64,000 nt of DNA, taken from the NCBI RefSeq assembly GCF_006345805.1, contig NC_043002.1, positions 18,724,001-18,788,000 on the forward strand, in the 5' to 3' direction. The stretch is from Octopus sinensis (taxonomy: Eukaryota). Numbering within the stretch: the stretch's first letter is position 1; each line of letters begins with the position of its first letter. The notes below the pieces were generated by a model. It saw only the letters and a program-made list of their open reading frames with translations. It searched no databases and had not been told where the DNA came from. A program made the position numbers and the translations under genes. This document shows, piece by piece, positions 60,773-64,000 of the stretch.

Positions 60773-60907
60773 AAAAGAGACTTCCCCATCCAGCAGCGAT
60801 ACATCTTTTATGATCAAATGTTTCTCCTGGATTGGCCATAGTTGCAAATTTCACACATCCTTCTTCACGGACTGGTCTGCTCAAAGTCAATATGGCGATG
60901 TCGTTCT
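60773..60907 (-). CDS. S1 peptidase exon 4 (catalytic Asp, NDIAIL)
   Basis: NDIAILTLSRPVREEGCVKFATMANPGETFDHKRCIAAGWGSLF; T|GTAAGT donor; phase 1/1. Confidence 0.88.
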
Positions 60908-63127
60908 CTTCAAAAATAAAATAGGTATAAGATAGATATAAATGCCAGCTTGTCATGCATTAGAGACGTATATATATATGTGTGTGTGAAAAGGTTGAAT
61001 TATATTTCATCCTTTACTTTGGAGGGTTCCAAAGGGCGATTTCTAACAAAAATATTTCATATTTTGCTGGTAGTTTACTGGCGTAGGATTTATGCGAATA
61101 TTAAAATATTACTTATATATGATGTGTTATGAGAATTTATGGAAAGGTATCCAATAGAAACTCAATAAATTTGTTAGAAATGGAGAAGAGAAGTATTTAA
61201 ATACATCGTACGATCGTTTCAAACAGCGATATTATCATGTAAATCCATGGTAGAAAAATTAAAACTAATTTGATGAAATTAAAATAATTAGATATCATTG
61301 TTCTTCTCAGTGCAACAAGTATACAACAGAAAATTATTATTATTACAGTAGACTTCATGAATGAGATAGCAGATAACAAATTCGGATATGTGTATTTTAT
61401 CCATATGAAACAATTGAGAGCATACTAAAGAATGTGAGTCTAGCTGTGTATAAACTAAAACTGATGCAGTTAACGGTTATTTGAAAATTTGAGTGAAAAA
61501 ATGTTTAAGAGACGTTCCCTCTATAGAAGAGTAAGTAGCTAAATAATTCAAGCTCTAAATAAGTCATTCGTTATAGGAAGTTTAATAGAGGTGTCCAGTG
61601 GAAAGGCATAATTATGTTTGAATGAGGATATCATTTGACAGTTATAAGTAAAGTAGATACGGTGTATATTTAAAAACAAAAATTGTGTGTGAGAGTGAAT
61701 TTAAGCTAGTGGGATTATTTAAATAGTAGGCTGCTAGAATGCAACGAGAACAACAGTTAATAGAAATATTTCAAGAGCTACATATAATGGAAATGTGTTA
61801 CTGTAAGTACTTATATTCATTTGTGTGTATTAAATATAAGGTAACAAAAAAATTAAAATAGGAAAATTAGTTGTTAATATTACAGAATTAAAATAGTAAA
61901 TATTGCTGTGGCTATAAAAATTAAAAGAACTTTCAGAGGTATAATAGATATTGTAAGAACGTTCAGAGGTATAATAGATATTGTAAGACTGAAAATTAAT
62001 AATGTAGGGAAGATAATAAAGCTAGGAAGAGTTAGAAATTTTTAATAAATATTATAGTTATTGATATTTATTAGGTTGACTATGTTTATGTATTAATAAA
62101 AATGTGAGTTAAGAATTTAGCTTGGCATAAGGTGAGAGGGAAATATATAGTAATATTATGTAAGTAATGAGTGTTTCACTTATGTAAGCTTATTGTGCAT
62201 TGTATATAAGAAAAATAATTTTTATCTGTTTATGGAGTATGAAATATACAAAAATAATTTATATATAAAAGGAGACTTATAATGGAAAAGAATTCATAGG
62301 GCATACTGATTCATTTGCAGAGAACATATCCGCGAAATAGTATACTTGGATTTATGTATTCTAGCAGTTTTTCAAGTTGAATTATTTGAGGGTGTATATG
62401 AAAAGAAAGAACAGCGTACAAGACAAATAACCTTACATTGGGCTCGTATCAAAGTACGACAGGCTGAAACAAAGTATTTTATATTTCAAGGCTGGCAGCC
62501 AAGACTGCCTGGTATGCGAATAAGAATCAAAGATGGAGTAGAGCAGAACCTCGGAAATTGTAAGTAGCCAAGCGGCGTGTTTACCTCAGGCTACTTTTCA
62601 GGCCAAGGGCATCTTGATTATAGGGATTTTACTTTGTCGTTAGGAGGCCCACGTTAACACACAGAGGAACAATTAAAATATAACATATGTGTGTGAGTGT
62701 ACGTGTGTGCGTGCGCCCGCATTGACTTTTGGTAAGGACACCGTATTTTGTTTTGTAACCATAACATACTGTGAAGTTGTGAAGACATGTGGCTTAGTGG
62801 TTAGGGTATATTGCACGCAATCGTAGGGTCGCGAGTTCGATTCCCGGCAACGTGTAGTGTCCTTGAGTAAGACACTTTATTTCACGGTGCGCCAATCCTC
62901 TCAGCTGGCAAAAATGAGTAGTACCTTATTTCAAAGGGCCGGCCTTGTCACACTCTGAGAAGTATGAAGGGGTACACGTGTCCGTGGAGCGCTCAGCCAC
63001 TTACAGTTCTTTTTTGCACTATCAAATATAATAACAGCTTCTAAGTAAATGTTGTATCCTATCTTTGGTGTTAGCAGTGCGTTGTTTTCATTTTCAAGTA
63101 TATCTTCTTTCTTTTATTCGTTTATTT

Positions 63128-63480
63128 CTTTCATTTGACTGTGGCCATGCTAGAGCACTGCCCTGAGTCGAAAAAATCGACTCCAGGGTTTATTCTTTGT
63201 AAGCCTAGTACTTATTCTATCGGTCCCTTTTGCCGTACCGCTAATTTACGGGGACGTAAACACGCCAAAATCAGTTGTCAAGCAATGGTGGGGACAATCA
63301 TACACATACACACAGACACACACATACATATACACACAGACACTCCAACACATTTACACAGATACACATATACATATGTACAGATGAGGATAGGCACTTT
63401 GAACAAGTGCCTTCTATTGTTGTACGCGGCCAGTCAAAGCCCTAGAAGTAGATTTGGTAGACAGAAACGGAAACAAGACT
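63128..63480 (-). mobile_element. SINE-A copy (diverged)
   Basis: Reverse-strand match. Confidence 0.75.
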
Positions 63481-63524
63481 ACCATATGTATGTATGTAGG
63501 AATGTACATGTACGTATGTATTAT

Positions 63525-63905
63525 GTATCTATCGGGCATGTGGAGTAGTGTGTAAATCGGCAGGAGGACTTAAACGACAAGCAAAGGTACATGAAGCCCA
63601 GTTACAACTACAGCCGACTATTACCAGTATATGTTTTAGTTGCCAATTTTGTACAAGACATTGTAGATCTTTAGCTGGGCTAAAAAGTCACATTCGATCA
63701 CAGCACCAATAACAGTTAAGCTTCGTGCAATGGCCATACTCGATAATGAGGGGGCAGCCATAATGTATGTATGTATGTATGTATGTATGTATGTATGTAT
63801 GTATGTATACATGCATGCATGTATGTATGTATGTATGTATGCATGAATGTATGTATGTATGTATGTATGTATGTATGTATGTATGTATGTATGTATGTAT
63901 GTATG
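63525..63905 (+). mobile_element. RTE/BovB-like LINE 3' end with C-terminal zinc fingers and (ATGT)n tail
   Basis: ...ACGVVCKSAGGLKRQAKVH...CQFCTRHCRSLAGLKSHIRSQH-stop, short UTR, long (TGTA)n. Confidence 0.65.
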
Positions 63906-64000
63906 TGTGGGTGTGTGGGTGTGTAGTGTGTGTGTGTGTATCAAAGAGGGATGCTGAAAAGACCCTGTTTTTAAGGGTTTTCTGGAAGGCCTCGCTGGAG

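Noticed and set aside
61020-61434. Plus-strand exon-like segments (GFQRAISNKNISYF..., NGEEKYLNTSYDRF...)
   Set aside because: Multiple in-frame stops, an implied 31-bp intron, and no recognisable family.

Overview
AT-rich, microsatellite- and retroposon-dense animal genomic DNA. The SINE/RTE repeat families, the intronless C2H2 array and the S1 peptidase point to an octopus (coleoid cephalopod); this is an inference, no database search was run. Three protein-coding loci are supported. (1) A complete 8-exon NUSAP1 orthologue on the minus strand (ATG 32220 to TAG 2085, 1431 nt, 476 aa, all splice phases compatible), with a CCAAT/CHR-type promoter. (2) An intronless C2H2 zinc-finger CDS on the plus strand (52589-53536). 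(3) A chymotrypsin-type S1 serine peptidase on the minus strand whose six exons lie in permuted order (4-5-6, then promoter-1-2-3), each half carrying a lesion. The remainder is mobile DNA: a near-intact ~4.8 kb RTE LINE whose 3' UTR holds a higher-order 61-bp VNTR and matches the many short (ATG)n-tailed repeats; CR1-group LINE remnants; at least three tRNA-type SINE families; mariner, piggyBac-type and other MITEs; non-autonomous Helitrons; and Penelope-type remnants including a minimal hammerhead ribozyme motif. A recurring unexplained theme is long palindromes and locally templated inverted insertions, many inside NUSAP1 intron 1. All coordinates and alignments were worked out by eye; repeat boundaries are approximate.
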